DNA from: Ascidiella aspersa
Lineage: Eukaryota
Reading direction: 5' to 3'
Length of the DNA: 64,000 bases
Assembly: GCA_963924565.1 (NCBI GenBank)
Contig: OZ004607.1
Location: forward strand, 11,036,001 to 11,100,000
The position numbers and the translations under genes were made by a program. The notes beneath the pieces are model-generated. The model did not search any database. It had not been told where the DNA came from and saw nothing but the letters and a program-made list of their open reading frames with translations. Positions 42,601 through 57,519 of the stretch are shown here, one piece after another; the first letter of the stretch is position 1; each line of letters starts with the position of its first letter.

Positions 42601-44332
42601 CGTTATCCGAACAAAAACAAACTTGCAATCATTACAACGTAATAAACCCATGTTCAGCCATGGCTTCCAGTTGTGTCGTAAGCGTTTCGAGACTATGTGT
42701 GTTGACTCAAACAAGTGACCGACCCTTCTAGAAATTTGCTGACTACTTCCTATGAGCTTCCAACCAATGACATAACACTTGTGATGTGACGTAAGGACAA
42801 AGCAGTAAAATTCTGCACGCATCGCGTTTTGTGAAGAAAGTTTGTTACATTCAATAAGCAGCCAGTTTAAATAGACGCATGAACTTTTTAATGAGGTGCG
42901 AAAAGCATGCTTAGCAGTTGTTAAATCTTATTCGACGCACAAGAAAGGGAGAATGTAACCGATAGAACTGAATGTTTTATGAACGAAATTATTTTAACAA
43001 CAAAGAGAAAATTTTGCAATAAATAAAATTTAGTTTAAAATGTTATAATCGATTTGTATAGACTATATTTGTTTAGAGGTCTTGAAACGCGTTTTTCGCA
43101 TAAAATGAAAACGTATATCAAACACTTTTTGACTTCCCGCATGGCAAGCAAGATATGTCCCTATCTATTTTCAGTACTTTTTTTGATTATTTCGCCTAAT
43201 GAATATTTGCTCTGATTGATCGATATGCTGATGGAGTTTCCAGTTTAACTAGAAAACCCACATAGTTTTATTTAACTGGCAATGAAAGGATGTTACAATA
43301 AATGAAATTTGATCGATTTAGAAATAAGTTTGCTTTTATTGTATCCTACCTTTCATTCGCATTATAGATTATTTACCTTCATGTCAAAATCTCGCTATTT
43401 ATTTCCATCTTTGCCTAAATATTTAGAAACAGCCAACTTATATTTTAAAAAAGAACAAATTCAAACAAAAACTCTGAAGGAAATAAATCATATAGCCTTC
43501 ATTTGCTAAAGTAAATGCTTATTAAACAACTTAGCACCTCTGATATATTTTCTCCAGCATTTTGGCGGCTTACACAGGTCATGCTCTTCCGTACAATAGG
43601 TCACCAAATCGAATAAAAATGAAAAAATTTCGATTAAAAACATAAAGTCGCTTCTCGATAACAAATGATTATAGCCCCTCATTTTTAAAAAGGTATCGGT
43701 AGCACGTTGACAAGTTCAGGACTTTTTGTTTCGTTGTGGCTTTGTGACTTCAGTAAGTTACTTTTGATCTAAAATCGTGTAAAATTCACTAGAGAGCATT
43801 ATACTACGAATGTCAAAATAGACGTGACATTCTCAGAGTGCTACAGATAACTGCTCAACAGTTACGAGGCTATAGTCAGTTGTTATAGCGAGGTATTTTT
43901 TATCGTTTGTTCGTGTTTTTTTTTTTCGTTAAATAAGTACGTGAAATGAATAGGTGCCATTCATCCTATAAAACGCGGCCTATATTCGCTTTTTGAAACG
44001 TCGAAAAACAAAATTAATTACAACAAGGTTCTTTTGATTAAGATCATACAGTACATGTTAGCAACATATATATAGTGAGGTTTTACATTAGTAACATTTA
44101 TGATATAAGTTCTTTCATGTAATTGTGTTGGATCCACCAATATTTAAAAACATTTAGGCTGTTCCAACAGGTTTTGCAAAAACAGCTTCCTCTTATTCAA
44201 GATGCTGTCGATTTACTCGACCTTTTTGGCTTTGCAATTTATTATCAAGCTACATTTTCGATCCGTGCATAGTGTACCCAAGCTCCCTCTTTGCCTTCAA
44301 ACTAAGAAATAAAATAAGGTTTTCGATATCAC

Positions 44333-44784
44333 TTACGCATGTTGGTAACTTGTCTCCGTTGAAAAAACAAGTTTCGTTTTCGACACAAAGGTTAGTTCCT
44401 AAGCTGCCTCCAGGGGCACCTACAAGATCTCCAGCAGTACAACCGTACCCAACGATATAACTAGATTTAAAAGGGCCCATTGTGATCGCTGAAATGTCAG
44501 CAGTTCAATCTGATAACAATTTTCCAGAAGCTGTTACAATTAGGCCGGGTGTAAGGGGTGGTGTCGTGCTAAATAAAAGGAATAAAATAATCATTAACTT
44601 TTAGGTTTTCACAGCGTTATACAACTGACTATAGTTATACAACTGAATTTTAGCAAAAACTTTTCGTCACTTTCGCACTTGTTGCACGAATCTCGGCATT
44701 CCAAAGCTGCCATGCTTGCAAATGCTCGGTCGGTGCACTTTACTGTGGCCACAAAATCAGTGCAGTTCATCGAATCATCAAAAG
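44333..44784 (-). pseudogene. Inverted relic of ShKT + extended CCP exons
   Basis: ShKT exon 44671-44784 (FDDSMNCTDFVATVKCTDRAFASMAALECRDSCNKCE, first Cys to Phe) is close to 60908-61021; disrupted CCP exon 44333-44568 (GCTAGDL...NLCVENETCFFNGDKLPTCV) resembles 61288-61524 and 30782-31009. Confidence 0.8.
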
Positions 44785-46620
44785 CTAAAAACATCAATAA
44801 ATGCCGATGATTTGACTAAAAGTAGATACGCCTATCTCTATATTGTCTTGCAATATGACGGTTTTGTGAGTAGAAAACATTTTTGTAATTTCATTTTCAG
44901 GTATAAAGTGTATTGTGCTGTAAATTAGCTGTAAATGATCGCTTTTATAGGGTGTATGACTTTTTTAAACATTTCGTCCGCGTTATCAAGAAAGGATATA
45001 CATTAAAATAAATTAACGTTTAGTTTTAAAGTTGCCTTGCTTGCAGAGGCCGTGTCGGTACACCTTGTCAGTACACGCAATGCGTTGTTACCTCACAGGC
45101 TGGAGACTTACAAGCAATATTTTGAGATTTGGTTTAGCGGTAAGCGGGGTACTTGGTTACGTAAAAGTCTTAAAGAGTTGCAATCCTAGACAAATTTTTA
45201 AGTGAAGTAAATTCTTAGAAGGTAATCATTTTCCTTCCTGGTTTGTTGTAAAATGATTTCTGACATAGATGCCGCTGAAAAAGTCTTTTAAATATTTCCA
45301 CTATGCCTAGTCTTTTGAAACACAGTAAACTGTTAGATATGTTGGAGCTTACCCCCCAAAGATCTTAAAAAAAGTAAACAAGAAAATACATCTTTTTCAG
45401 TTCGTACTTAGGTGGCAAATATTTGTAACTTCCGTCCAATTTCTATTTATGCAAGTTGTGATTGTTTAGCCGGCGATTAGACGAGATGCGTTGCACATGT
45501 AGTTAACACTTCTTCCATTAAGAGAGGTCGCCATAACCGGTTGATAAGATCCGTTCGGTAGAGCTGAGCCTTATACAAAACGTTAAAAAAATGTTTTTAG
45601 CTATAGAAAAACTTCACGTTTTTGAGCGATTTTTTGCCCAGCGGAGCTCAGCGCAGCTGTAGTGAAAACAATTTTACGTCCAGCTCAACTCAGCGCAACT
45701 GTAGTGCAAACGGCGCTTTATTGTTTAATGTATAGGGAAAAAATATACTACTGAACTATTAGTTTAATACATGCAAGACGATGGGTTGGCCTGATAAAAA
45801 GAAGACAAAAAGGCCTGGTGAAATAAGGATTTTGCCCGCCGGTAACCAATGGAAGTGATCTTACTGGTACGGTGTACCATATTTTTCGGCCAACTTTTAC
45901 CACTGGTCGACAACCCTGACTTACTGTGTCCTTCAAATATTTAACTTAAAAAAAACTTGCTCAATGTTTTTTGTGCAAAAAGAAGCATTCTCAAACATGT
46001 TTAAAACTATCGTAGTTTAATTCAGTTTGGGAACTGACATACCCTAAATATTTTATGGAACATTTGCTAGGAATAAAAAAAACTAAATTTTATCTTTCAA
46101 CAACTCATCTGTTCAACAATACTATTGACGAATTGAGTAGGTACATCAATCGGTTTGTTTCACTTTACAGGATTTAGAATAATTCCGGGCTTTTAAGTTT
46201 GTTCGAGAAAACGTGTTATTAATCATGGGTTTGGACCATGTATTATTACAATCATAAAGAATTGCGGTTAACTAAACGTCAATAACAGTAATAACTTACT
46301 TATGTGCAACTAACAAATTCCTTGGTGGCAAAGCACACGTTATTAAAAAAGGCACGACCGAGTAAGATTTCTATTAATATTTTTTTAAACAATATGGAAA
46401 CGCGGCGTTTGGCTGCAACAGTAATATAAAATAAACTATAGCGTTAAAAGTGAACCACAACTAGGCTAACTTGCTGAATCACTGACTGCCCGCAAAACTA
46501 AAGCAGCTTCGTAGTATATTTCTCATATACTTTTTTCGCTGCGGTTCCGTTTGCAAATATTATTTGACGTTCGTATTATATAGCCTATTTACGTCTTTTT
46601 ATAAATCTATTTTTTTACAG

Positions 46621-46800
46621 AGGGTTACTGATGGTTCGCCAGCTGTGCTTCCCAACGGCCCTCACCAACCAGTAATTACGAATTACCTTAACGACAGCAT
46701 TGTTAACTGCATCTGCGACGCCTACAATAAGATCATCGGATTATCTTATATGGCTATATGCTCGAATGAAACTTGGTCGTGTCTTCAGGCAATTTTCGAG
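46621..46800 (+). pseudogene. Degenerate CCP exon
   Basis: Acceptor then frameshifted EG..SPAVLPNGPHQPV...IVNCICDAYNKIIG...ICSNETWS, homologous to 29722-29910. Confidence 0.65.
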
Positions 46801-48663
46801 TAGGTTATAAAACTAAATTCTTAGTTTGTTTTAGGAGAAAGACGTAAAAAGTTACACTTTAATGTCACAAAATTAGAGCTTATCGAAATTAAGCCAAGAC
46901 GATTAAAAAAATAGTGAACAAAAAACTACTAGACATACCGCTATGGTAAAAACCACCGCACAGGCTTTTAAAAAAATGTGTTGCGAAGTATTTACATGTT
47001 TCTATTATGTTATGAAATTGATTTACTCAAAGATTGATATCTGGTTTAAAGACACGGTGAATTGAAGGACACTGACGGCGATTAGTTTTCGGTGTTGCAT
47101 TTCTCAATAAATATGTTAATATTTACTGCACAAAATCTATTCATTTTCCGTCTCAAACGCTTTAAACCATTTATGCCAAAGTTAGTCGCCTACTATACAT
47201 TTATTTAAAATAATTGTATATATAAATCGAAATTGTGTAAAAGTTTAGAAGAAATAATCCTGCAAGATGGCGATGTGTGCATGAAAGAAAACACCCACTT
47301 ATATCAATCAATTTTTGACTAAGTTTCGTTATGCTTCAGTTAATGTGTTGCTATAGGTTGCTATAGTTTGACTTTGACCGATTAGTTTTAAAATTAACTA
47401 TCTTGGAAAAAGGCAGATTCGAAACAACTAACTGATATTGTGCACTTCATCTTTGAGAGGGAAGTCAGCGAGAGATTGGCACAAGGCGAAGCCTTTTTAA
47501 AAATGTAAACGACTTTTAATATTTTGGGTGATACCGAATGCGTTTTTGCCCGTGTTGAAAGAATCTTATCAGCAAAACGTACCCAATGTTTATAAAGGCT
47601 GTTCGATCAACGGTCAAATTTTTTGCGAAAGACTGCATCAAGTAAAATATTTAGGCTCCATTTCAGACCTTCCCCCCCAAAAAAAATTTCGGTTTTCTTA
47701 AAATAGATTATAGAATTAAAATTACCGAAGAAAATAAAAATTTACACTGAAGTCAGACCTAGAATAACCTGTAATCAATTCATCATACATTTTACCTCCA
47801 CGATTGCGCTTCTCCGGCTATGTATATAAACCACCTGTTGCAAGACAAACTAGGCTTGTTTCGACTGACAAATTTAAAATTGCTTTTAAACAACGTAAAG
47901 CATTTTCGGTGAAATCTGAATGCAAACAAAGTACACTAAAATAAGAACACACAAATGAAATATGTTTAGCAAATCGGGCGAATTCTAGATAACAACAGAA
48001 TTATCTGGAAGTATGACCGGAGACCGACATAGATGGTAATAAGGCAGGTGCGGAAATGTGCAAGGGCCTTTTCCTATTGTTTCTAGTGAGTTTAGGACAA
48101 TTTAAAAATAAAACAAACAAAATTTGTAAAGGTTGACCTGCTATGTGTTTCGCAACGCTTTGCAGCAATGTATAGAAATAAAAATTAACAGATGAGTGTT
48201 TTTATGCATTTCTGGTGATGGTTCTTTTAATTGCTACTTGCACAAAAAAAAAACAATTTGCAAAAACAACCTTGATAAAATGTTGAAGCGTTTTACCTCG
48301 TATGTCCCTTTATTTATTATTTTATTTTTTTTTAACTGTTTTTTATTTTTTTTATTATTATTTTTTTCATTTATTTTTTATATGTCCCTTTATTTGTCTT
48401 GTGTACATTTTATGCCCTGTAATTCAAACCAGCTGCCACAAAGTGTAAATATAGTACCTCTACAAGGGTCAACAAAACACCGGCCAAATGCCAATCCAAA
48501 AGTCACCTCGCCCTTATATCTATATCAATCGTCTAACGTGACTCTGTTTTATTTGCATGTAAAAAACTAAGCTGAAACTGGTAAATAACCACATAACATC
48601 AGCTTACAGCCCAGTTGGTGACGATTCTCATAAAGTATTATATCAGTTTTGTAAAAAAATAGT

Positions 48664-51600
48664 ATGAACCGCTTTCCGATTGTTGCCTTGCTGTTACTTT
48701 CAAGTTTACTATCGATTGGCGAAGGTAAATGTTATATTGGTGAAACGTGTAGCCGAAAAGTTATTAAACGATTCATATAGATAAATATATATTTTTTTAT
48801 ACTGAAAAAAACGAAGAACGCGGTTTTTAACGTCGAAAGCTAGTTATTCTCTGTATTGGATCGTTCCCCTTAAATAGCCTACTCTAACTTGTGCTTAGTG
48901 TTATAGAAATGTTCGATTGTGAACACTTTGTAAAATCTTACTGGCAAAGCATTATCTAAACTTTGTGTTAAAGAAGTTAGGAGATATTTTAGTTAAACTT
49001 AACGATTAAACGAAATTTCATTAAGTCATGCATTAGTGCACTTTTCCGACGATACCAAAACAATACCTGCACAAGTGCACACAGTTGAAAATGTTTGTAA
49101 GCACGGTTTTTACTAACGCACTACTGAGAAATCATATTGCGTAGATCTGCAACTTAGGTTACACCTATTTGAAGTAAAATAATAATTAGGGGATCGTTCT
49201 CTCTTAAGGTATCCATTGGTGGGATTGCAGAAACGCCACAAGCGTTGGACACTGCATTGAAATTGGACGATTGGTGCGATGTCCGGGACACCAGGTAAAT
49301 TAGCTGGTTACGAAATCACGGCTCTATTAGATTAGACACATCAACCCAAACCCACTGACCTAAATAAGTGAACCATTTAGGCTGAAAACATATGTTTAAA
49401 CAAGAAAATACGGTTCTGTATATAGTTGAAGGTCTCTGGAAGTTTTCCCCTGCATATAACACAATTTTACAATTATGCTTTAAGTTCCAAAACTATAGAA
49501 ACCATTTTAGGACACGTGCGAGACCTTTGTTCACAGAAACGGTCTGGTGAGGCCGACTTACAAGGTGGAAAAGAAATGCAGGGCAGCTTCATCTTGCCGT
49601 AGAAAACAGGTAACTATTGCCAAAGGCTGATAAAGTGATGTTCTTCTTCTCAGTTGCAATAAGCAATCAAGTTGTATACATGCAGTTTGAATACAATCAT
49701 TAAAATGTTACTTCTTGTTTCTAACATACAATCGACGTTCTGTTTCTTATAATACGCAATATAATAAAAAGCGGCTAAGGCGATTAAACTAAAGAGTAAC
49801 CTAATATGGTCGAAAATGCAGGAGTCGGAGTCGAAGTCGGACTTGGGACTCTGGACTCGGCGATTGCCGCCAAAAATCGTAAAGTGTGCTACAGCAAATG
49901 GTGGAATATTTTCCAACCATGTATTGTGAGTAAATGAATTACACGACACCCTTATGCGGGGATTGCTAACAATCCACCTCAATTGAGTTACGTAAATTGG
50001 TGAAATATGCTGTAGAGTCGGAGTCTGATTCGGGGCTCGGGTTTATTTTATTGACCGGAGTCGGACGCAGAAGTTGGACGCGGGTTTTTTTTAACCGATT
50101 CCTTAGCCCTGAAAAAATGTAAGGAAAGTGCAATTTGCTTGTTAAATACGCCGTAGTATTGCAACCGACTACATATGCTCAACCAATCACACATACATAA
50201 ATTTGGTAAGCAAAGGCGCTTAAAAAGTGGGTTTACCCTGGCGTTGAAATTGTTAATTGTCAAATTACAGTTTACACTAATGTATTCTGAACTCCGAGGT
50301 AACTTATTTCTATACAGACTCGCTTGTGGAAACGAAAAGGCCCGTGGGCTTGTAACGAGGTCCGTCGAAAATCGTTCTGCGCCTGCTGCTGCCAAACCGA
50401 TAACTGCAACAAGAACATGCTTTGTGGGTACTTCGAAACCTCCCGAAGCCCCGCCATTGGCAAGATAGCCAAAGGTTTGAGGACAAAAACTTTGTCGTTT
50501 TGATTAGCATGAATATATTTTGAAATAATCTATTGCTGCCAGGCATAACGTATAATCGAGTGTTGCTTATCAGTTTTACTGGAAATGCAAGCGCATGAAC
50601 GAGCACGGGCGAACGACGTAAGTGGGACGTTCTACCGTCAAACACCCTCCCCTGCCGAATGTTTTATTTATTCGCCTGAAGTTTACCTTTTGAAATAATT
50701 TGAGAATAAAGACTCACTACCAAACTTTAAAGCGCGCCAACGTTGCACTAAACCTTTTAGGGATAGGCCTACCAAAGCGGAATCCTTGAGACTAATTCCT
50801 AATGTTCGAAACCCATACAAGATTATAAAAATAAAGCAATATTTCCTCTGAATTTTCGCAATCGACGTCGAAAAAATTGTTTATAATAAAACTGCCTGAT
50901 GAGCAACACTCGATTATAAAGCAATTTTGTAACTAAAATATGATTGCAAACAAGGTAAACCTGTTAGAAACCAAGATTTTTTAAGATTTTAAGACAACGT
51001 TTCGAACAGAAAAAATTAAACTGATGAGTAAATGAAATTTGGGCGTCAGTAACATAAGATGCGGGCTCGAGTGAAATCTCGCAGCAAGATCCTCCATTCA
51101 GGTCGTTATACAAAAACCTCATGACTTGAATGACACTTATATTTATGAAAATCGCATGTATTTTGAAGTCTCCTAACAAATAAAATAGCTCCTTCTTTTC
51201 CCATTTGAGTTATTTTGAAATCGTGCTTATCCATATTAACTAAAAAGCTCCTGTTAGCCGTTTACTAACTTGTTGCACACCAATATAGTTAGTGGATGCC
51301 TCGCCCCACCCGCCCCAGAACACGGAACGGGTCCGCTGATTTTTCCAGCCGGCCAGTTGCCCCCCTACGAGTACAGAACGACTGCCATGTACCGGTGCGA
51401 GCCGGGTTACATTGGCAAGTATTTGCTGGTCACTTGTCGTTTGTTCGACGACGAATTCAAGTTTACTCCTGAGGGAATCAAATGCATTCCGGGTAAGTTG
51501 TTTCTCGCATTTCGGGTCAGTTAGATACTTTACTTGAATGAAAAAAGTATGTTAGTCTGGTTTTTCAATGCGCTAATTCAGTTGCGGAAAATGACAATCA

Positions 51601-54600
51601 AATAAGATGCTATCCCAGAATGCTGAACAGCAATATGCAGTTAAACATGGTAATTGTTTAATTTTGCAATGTAAATGCGAGTGCAATTGTTATTAGTGTT
51701 GAATGTTCAATAATAATTGATGAACGGAAAGATCATCATAGTTTCTTTAAAGGTTTAATTAATAGGCTCAGGGGTAATTTTAGTGAAAATGTTAGGAACA
51801 ACAGGATTAATGGGAAGCAGAAACATTAGTTCACAACTGAGCACGTTATTTGATTACATATTTCGTTTTATATCTTGAGGTTCTTACAATATGCAAAAAT
51901 AAATCCGTGAAAAATCTGTCCAGCTGCCACAGTTCTATAATTAATAAAATCACAAAAGTTTGCAGCCTGTCAGATTGTCGCCTGCCTCAGTGTTCAATGA
52001 ATTAAAATGAGCACGTGAGTCAATGTATTCAAAACCCTTAACTTCAACTTAAGTAAATTTGGGGAAAACATTGTAAGTGATTTAAATAAATACATTGTAG
52101 TAAAGGTTAAAACACTATTTTATTCACGTAAAAAACTAAATATAAAAATATTAACTCGTTTTTTTGGATATCGATAACATGACTACGATTTAACTTTCTA
52201 GCAGGGTTAAAATAGAATAATTTTCTTCCCGAAAAGATAAAAAATTGTCTTTCTGGGACAAATGAAAATTGTTATACATGACGTCACAAAGGTAAACGTC
52301 AGAACAAAAGGTCTAAAACCAGTAATCTTAGGAAACCTGGGTCTATCGTTCGAGGGCACAAATCTGCAACTAAAATTTTAGTTTAATCTATCTAAGGCAG
52401 GGGTTCTTAAACTTTCTTCAGCGCGGACCACTAAATTTTTTTTTTGCTTCGCGTAGACCACGGTAAGCAAGAATTTTTTAAAAATGACGTCATAAATTGA
52501 CGTCACAATACAAATAGACTAAAATGTGAAAGGAAAATAAAAAAAAATGTGAAAGGAAAAAAAAGAGTCTAAATACATTCAGTGCACAAACGTTTCATTA
52601 TTAATTAAACTATTTTCTTAGAAAAATTAATTACTTTTGAAATATACACTAATATTTCAATTTGACCTTCACGGACCCCTTAAAACTAGTTCACGGACAC
52701 CCAGTTTAAGATCCCCTGATCTAAGGAGATGACCCGATAGCCAAAATGGGATATGGCCTGGTAAAAATAACAATTTGGTAAAAACTATTTTGCCACAAAG
52801 CCGCTGCGGCGGCAAATCTCTTACTGGGATACCGTTCCGGACCTTTTCGGCCTAGTTGCATCACAGTTTGCTTGGCAAACGTCTTTGACTGGGATCTGAG
52901 TCGGCAAAGTAATAACTTGAACTTGAACTTGACTTGATATTTGTGGAAATCGACTTGACTTAAACTTTAGTTATTTTTTGGAATGACTTTCCTGAGACTT
53001 AAGTCGCTGAAACAAACTTGTTTACAACACTGCACTGTTGTTTTTAAATACCCAGGTCATTTAAAAGTCTTGTATGGTGTCGTTTAATTATTGTATTCGC
53101 AACACGCGACTTGCTCTGTTTGTGCCTCGCTGTGTCTCGTTGTGTTGCATATAAATTCACTCCATTAACTACGCGCTGCTGAGAGGTTGTGTTTTATGTG
53201 CGCGTACACTCTCTTTGATCTACTGATGAACTTATTAAACTTTTTAAAACAGTTGCAAACTGCGGTTTGCCGCCACCGGCACCGAAGAACGGCTTGGGGC
53301 CGGTAATTTCGCCACTGGGCCAGACGGCTCCCTTTCGGCACATGTCCACGGCAACGTACACTTGTGACGATGGCTACACTGGTGATAACCTGGTGCTGAA
53401 CTGCTTCTACCCAAGCTTGGTGTTTACGCCCGACATTAGTCCCACCTGTTTCAAGAGTAAGTGCCCGAAGAATACCAAGGTAATATTAAGTTTCGCTCTT
53501 AACATGCGTTTTATGTAGATTCATAAAAATAACTATGACTATAGTTAACATTTTGTCAGTGGAAATGTAGATTACATCAGTGTATTATGTATGGGCCTGG
53601 CTTCATATATTAAAATTAGTGGGATTCTCAATCTATAACGGACGTACGTAGGGCTCGATCGGGCAGGCCAATGTAACTTATCCGACCAAAACCGCTTTTA
53701 ACAAATTGTGTTAATTGTCTAGCACATAATTACTCGTGACATTAGGATTAGTTGATCAAGCTTAAATCATACAAGACTTAAAGCTGTTGAATCAATGTGA
53801 CTAGTGCGATTAGTTGTGTATCTTTGACTGAACAGTTTTTACTGTGTCTTTTATGGGTGACGGTTTGTAATTATTTGCTATTTTGATAAATATGTTAGGT
53901 CTATGTTAATTTTTCAATTATTTTTACCTTGTATTTTAACAAAATTGTTTGCTCAACAATTTTCTAAAATAACCAACGTTTTGTTTTCCTTGACATTCTC
54001 ATAGTTGTTTGTCTTCTTTATATTTCAAATATATAAACTATAGGCATTTCTAATGGCCTTGCATAAACCCGAAAAAATGAATGAATTGTGTACACCGATC
54101 GTCAGTAAAACACTAAACGTGACGACACAAAGACAATAATGTAGTACTTCATACAACAATGCATTGTTTGAATCAATGTCTTCCTTGTAGGTCAAAACTT
54201 TGTCAAAAAATCTTTAGGTTAATTTTATTTTCATTTTTGATGTCAAAACTAATTGCACTAGTTAATTATGTTACAATATAGAGCTGCGCGTTTTGCATTT
54301 TTGCAGGATTGTCCTATTAATAGTAACTTAACGTATCGGATTTACATATTAGCACGGTCCCAATTTACTTTTTATATCTTAATTTAGCAATTTCCAAATT
54401 TTAACAAAACACTTAGAAAAGTTAATGTTGTGTTCAGACTTCAGAGGAACAAACTGCATTCAAGGTTTACCATGTTAAACTTTTCTGGCACGCTTTGTCA
54501 GTAAAAGTGTCAGCGCAATTAATACGCCCCGCCGAATCGCCGATGCCTTCCTTAATTGATTATGGCGCTCGGCTAGAAAAAATGCCCCCGCTTCAAAACA

Positions 54601-54785
54601 ATGCCAAGCTTGACCTTGCAGAGTGCGACGTTCGCCGGCTGCCATCGGCAATGAGACAGGTCACGTCGGTGTCAGAAAGAAAGACCTGGGTTCCTGGTGA
54701 GGGTGTGCAGGTGATTTGCGGGAAAGTCGAGATACTGGTCATCTGTAGTGACAACGACGGCCAGTGGGAGCCACGGAAATGCTGA
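48664..54785 (+). CDS. Secreted Ly6/uPAR-like cysteine-rich domain + 3 sushi/CCP domain protein, 7 exons
   Basis: Exons 48664-48724 (signal MNRFPIVALLLLSSLLSIGEG), 49209-49294, 49511-49609, 50318-50459 (...SFCACCCQTDNCNKNMLC), CCP exons 51289-51492, 53253-53456, 54622-54785. In frame if intron 4 uses a GC donor. Confidence 0.75.
52398..52718. mobile_element. hAT-type MITE, same family as 60235-60574
   Basis: TIR CAGGGGTTCTTAAAC / GTTTAAGATCCCCTG; TSD ATCTAAGG. Confidence 0.9.
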
Positions 54786-56673
54786 TGTTCAAGTTTACTT
54801 TGCTCGGCGTAACCACCAACGTCGATTTTTAAACCACTTGTCAAAGATCCTAAAGTGGGTGGTATATTATTTCAATTGAACAGTCGGTAGACGCAATTTC
54901 ATATATCGGTTAAAGTCATATCAAGTGATTTTTGATTTTTGAAGTATGCCTTCAAGTAAGCCAGTTTTAAACATAGAAGGACTAATTGTTTATAAATAAG
55001 ATATTTCCCATTCTTGCAAGTCAGTGGAGTAAATGACTTCAAATTAAAGCAAATATTCTTCGAACGTTTTAAACTTTTTTAAACAAATCTATAAAGTTTG
55101 TACGTGCTATTAAAAGGATTTCATTCTGTATTTTTGAATCGGATCGAAGTAAAATCTCTGCGCAAGCCTTCCCAGCGATTTGCTGTGAAAGTTTAAAATT
55201 TCTGTGAAAGTTTAAAATTTCAATTGTCCTCTTATCTGTGATGCTGTTGTACATTTGTATGTTAATTAACCTTTTTTTTTCGATCTCAACTTCTCATAGT
55301 AAAGTTATTTGTTTGGCTTGTTAACTTGTTTGCGAAGTTTCTTCTGCAGAGTTTTTTGCGCCAAACATTTTTAGATAAATATGCAAAATTGAAATCACGA
55401 GTATTGCTGACAAGACTGTTTAGTGTTTATTCAATGCAGAGGACCTTCAATAAAACATAAAACAAACAACGAGGTGTAGCGGTAAAGGTTGCAACAAGAC
55501 TTTCACAACGTAATACTTGCCTAAAACCATTAATAAAAAGGGATCTTCCTAGGCATGTAATAGTATAGGTTCATGACGCACACTTAACCGTCTCGGCCGC
55601 CTCAACCGGCTATATTGTTGCTCTTTAGTTGTCTTGACATGCGGCAATAAGTGATCCTAAATAGTAACTGTAATTGGAGCACGTTTGCGTGTTGCTTAAC
55701 CTCGTCTTGTTGCATACTTTTTTATGTTATATACCAAGTAGATTTATGGTGTGTTAGCTGGTTATTAATAGCTCAAGCCTTGTAACACGGTGGTAGTTGT
55801 GATCGTTACAATGTTTACAGCAAATTGCTAGTAAATCCTAATCCAGAAAATAGAACGTGTTTAAGCCTTTTACTTTTAAATACAAGATACTGACATATAT
55901 TGTCTGTCAGTATAAAAAGCTGCATTGCAAGATGCCATCGACGTCCTATTAAAGTTATTAAACAATATCTCAACCACTCGAAACGAACAAACAATAAAAT
56001 GCTGCTGATATTTTGGCAGTTAATAGTACAAGGGGACTCCAGCCACAACTGGAATAATTTCAAAGTCGGATTTTCAAACAATTTAGGAATAAGATCGAAA
56101 TCAGATTAACGTTAAATTCGGAATAATTCAAACGTTGCAATTTTACCAGTGCAACAATAGGTATACGCCATCATCATCTATCATCTGGTGTAAGTAAAAA
56201 AAAACATGGAATTCTACGAAACCAAATTCGTGCTATAGTCAGAGTTGAACATTATTGTAAGGTTGAATTTTTTTTGATTTAGACCGTTATATATACATTT
56301 AATGTGATGAATAAGGTTGGCGTTGTGTCATAACTAAGACAAATCTTAAGAGTGTTTTGACAGAGACATACGTAAATTGTGTATAAACTAAAGTAAAACG
56401 TTGACAAATTCCCGAGGCCATATCGAACGCGTCGAGTTTTATCTTGATCTGAAAAAACTGGTCAGCTGAAAGGCGCAAAACGTCCCATGGCTAAAATTAA
56501 AGTTCTGCGAACATAATTTGCTTAAAAGCAAAGTAAGGTGTTTGGTCTGTTACATATAAGCAAATGCGATTTCTAAGATATTAAGTTTTAAAATTTAATT
56601 TGGTCAGTGCATTTTTCCACCCTTTTACGAATCTGTAACGTAGAATCTTGTAAGTGATTAGGTTTCTTTAAAG

Positions 56674-57096
56674 CAGTGGTCGGCCCAAATGTGGGCCGCA
56701 GAGCCATTTTTAATGGGCCACGAGTTACTTCTGAATCGCTTTGTGTTATAATGTAGTTGTGGGCCGCGTGATAGTTCATGGCATTTTAAAAGTTTGTGTG
56801 GCATAGAATTTTTTAATTAGCTTAGCTTGGAAAGCCCACGTGACAAATGTGGTTCTAAGAGCATGTCGAACTATATTTTTGACAACTTAAACGGTATGTA
56901 AAAATTTTTATATACTTTCGTTTTAAAGTATGTTTTATATAGCAGTGATTTGGGCATAAAGGCGCCGTGTAATATTTTACCCTAAAATCAAATATCGTGA
57001 ATCCGCCATTTTTTCGTAGTGGTTTTACGTATAGTGGGCCTTCAATAGCTCTGAAAAGAGTACTTTGGGCCGCGACAAAAAAAGTGCCGACCACTG
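56674..57096. mobile_element. hAT-type MITE
   Basis: TIR CAGTGGTCGGC / GCCGACCACTG; TSD CTTTAAAG. Confidence 0.88.
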
Positions 57097-57519
57097 CTTT
57101 AAAGGGTTACCCGGGCCTGACATCATATTAACGGTGGCGTACTTCTGCCTCTATTTACAGTCCGAAATGTTTATTATTGATTATCTGAAACCCTTTATAA
57201 TATTTTTTAATACAGAGGGATCCTTTGGTTCGCCGCCTGTCATTGACCAAGGATTTCACCTTCCTAATCAAACTGGCTTCCCAAACGGCGGTATTGTTAC
57301 CTACCAATGCAACAAGTTATACAGATTGTTTCCCTCACCTGTTATTTCAACGTGCATCAATGGAAGTTGGACGGATGTTAAGGGAGTTTGCTATAAGGGT
57401 AAAATGAAGCAATTGTCTATAAAACAAATAAAATTATAGAAAAATATAGTTCAAAATATTTCATAGTTTCGTAATCCAGTTTTTAAAGTAAAATAAAAAG
57501 TAAGACCAAACATCTATGT

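Noticed and set aside
48196-48570. 124-aa Phe-rich ORF
   Set aside because: Produced by a poly-T low-complexity tract.
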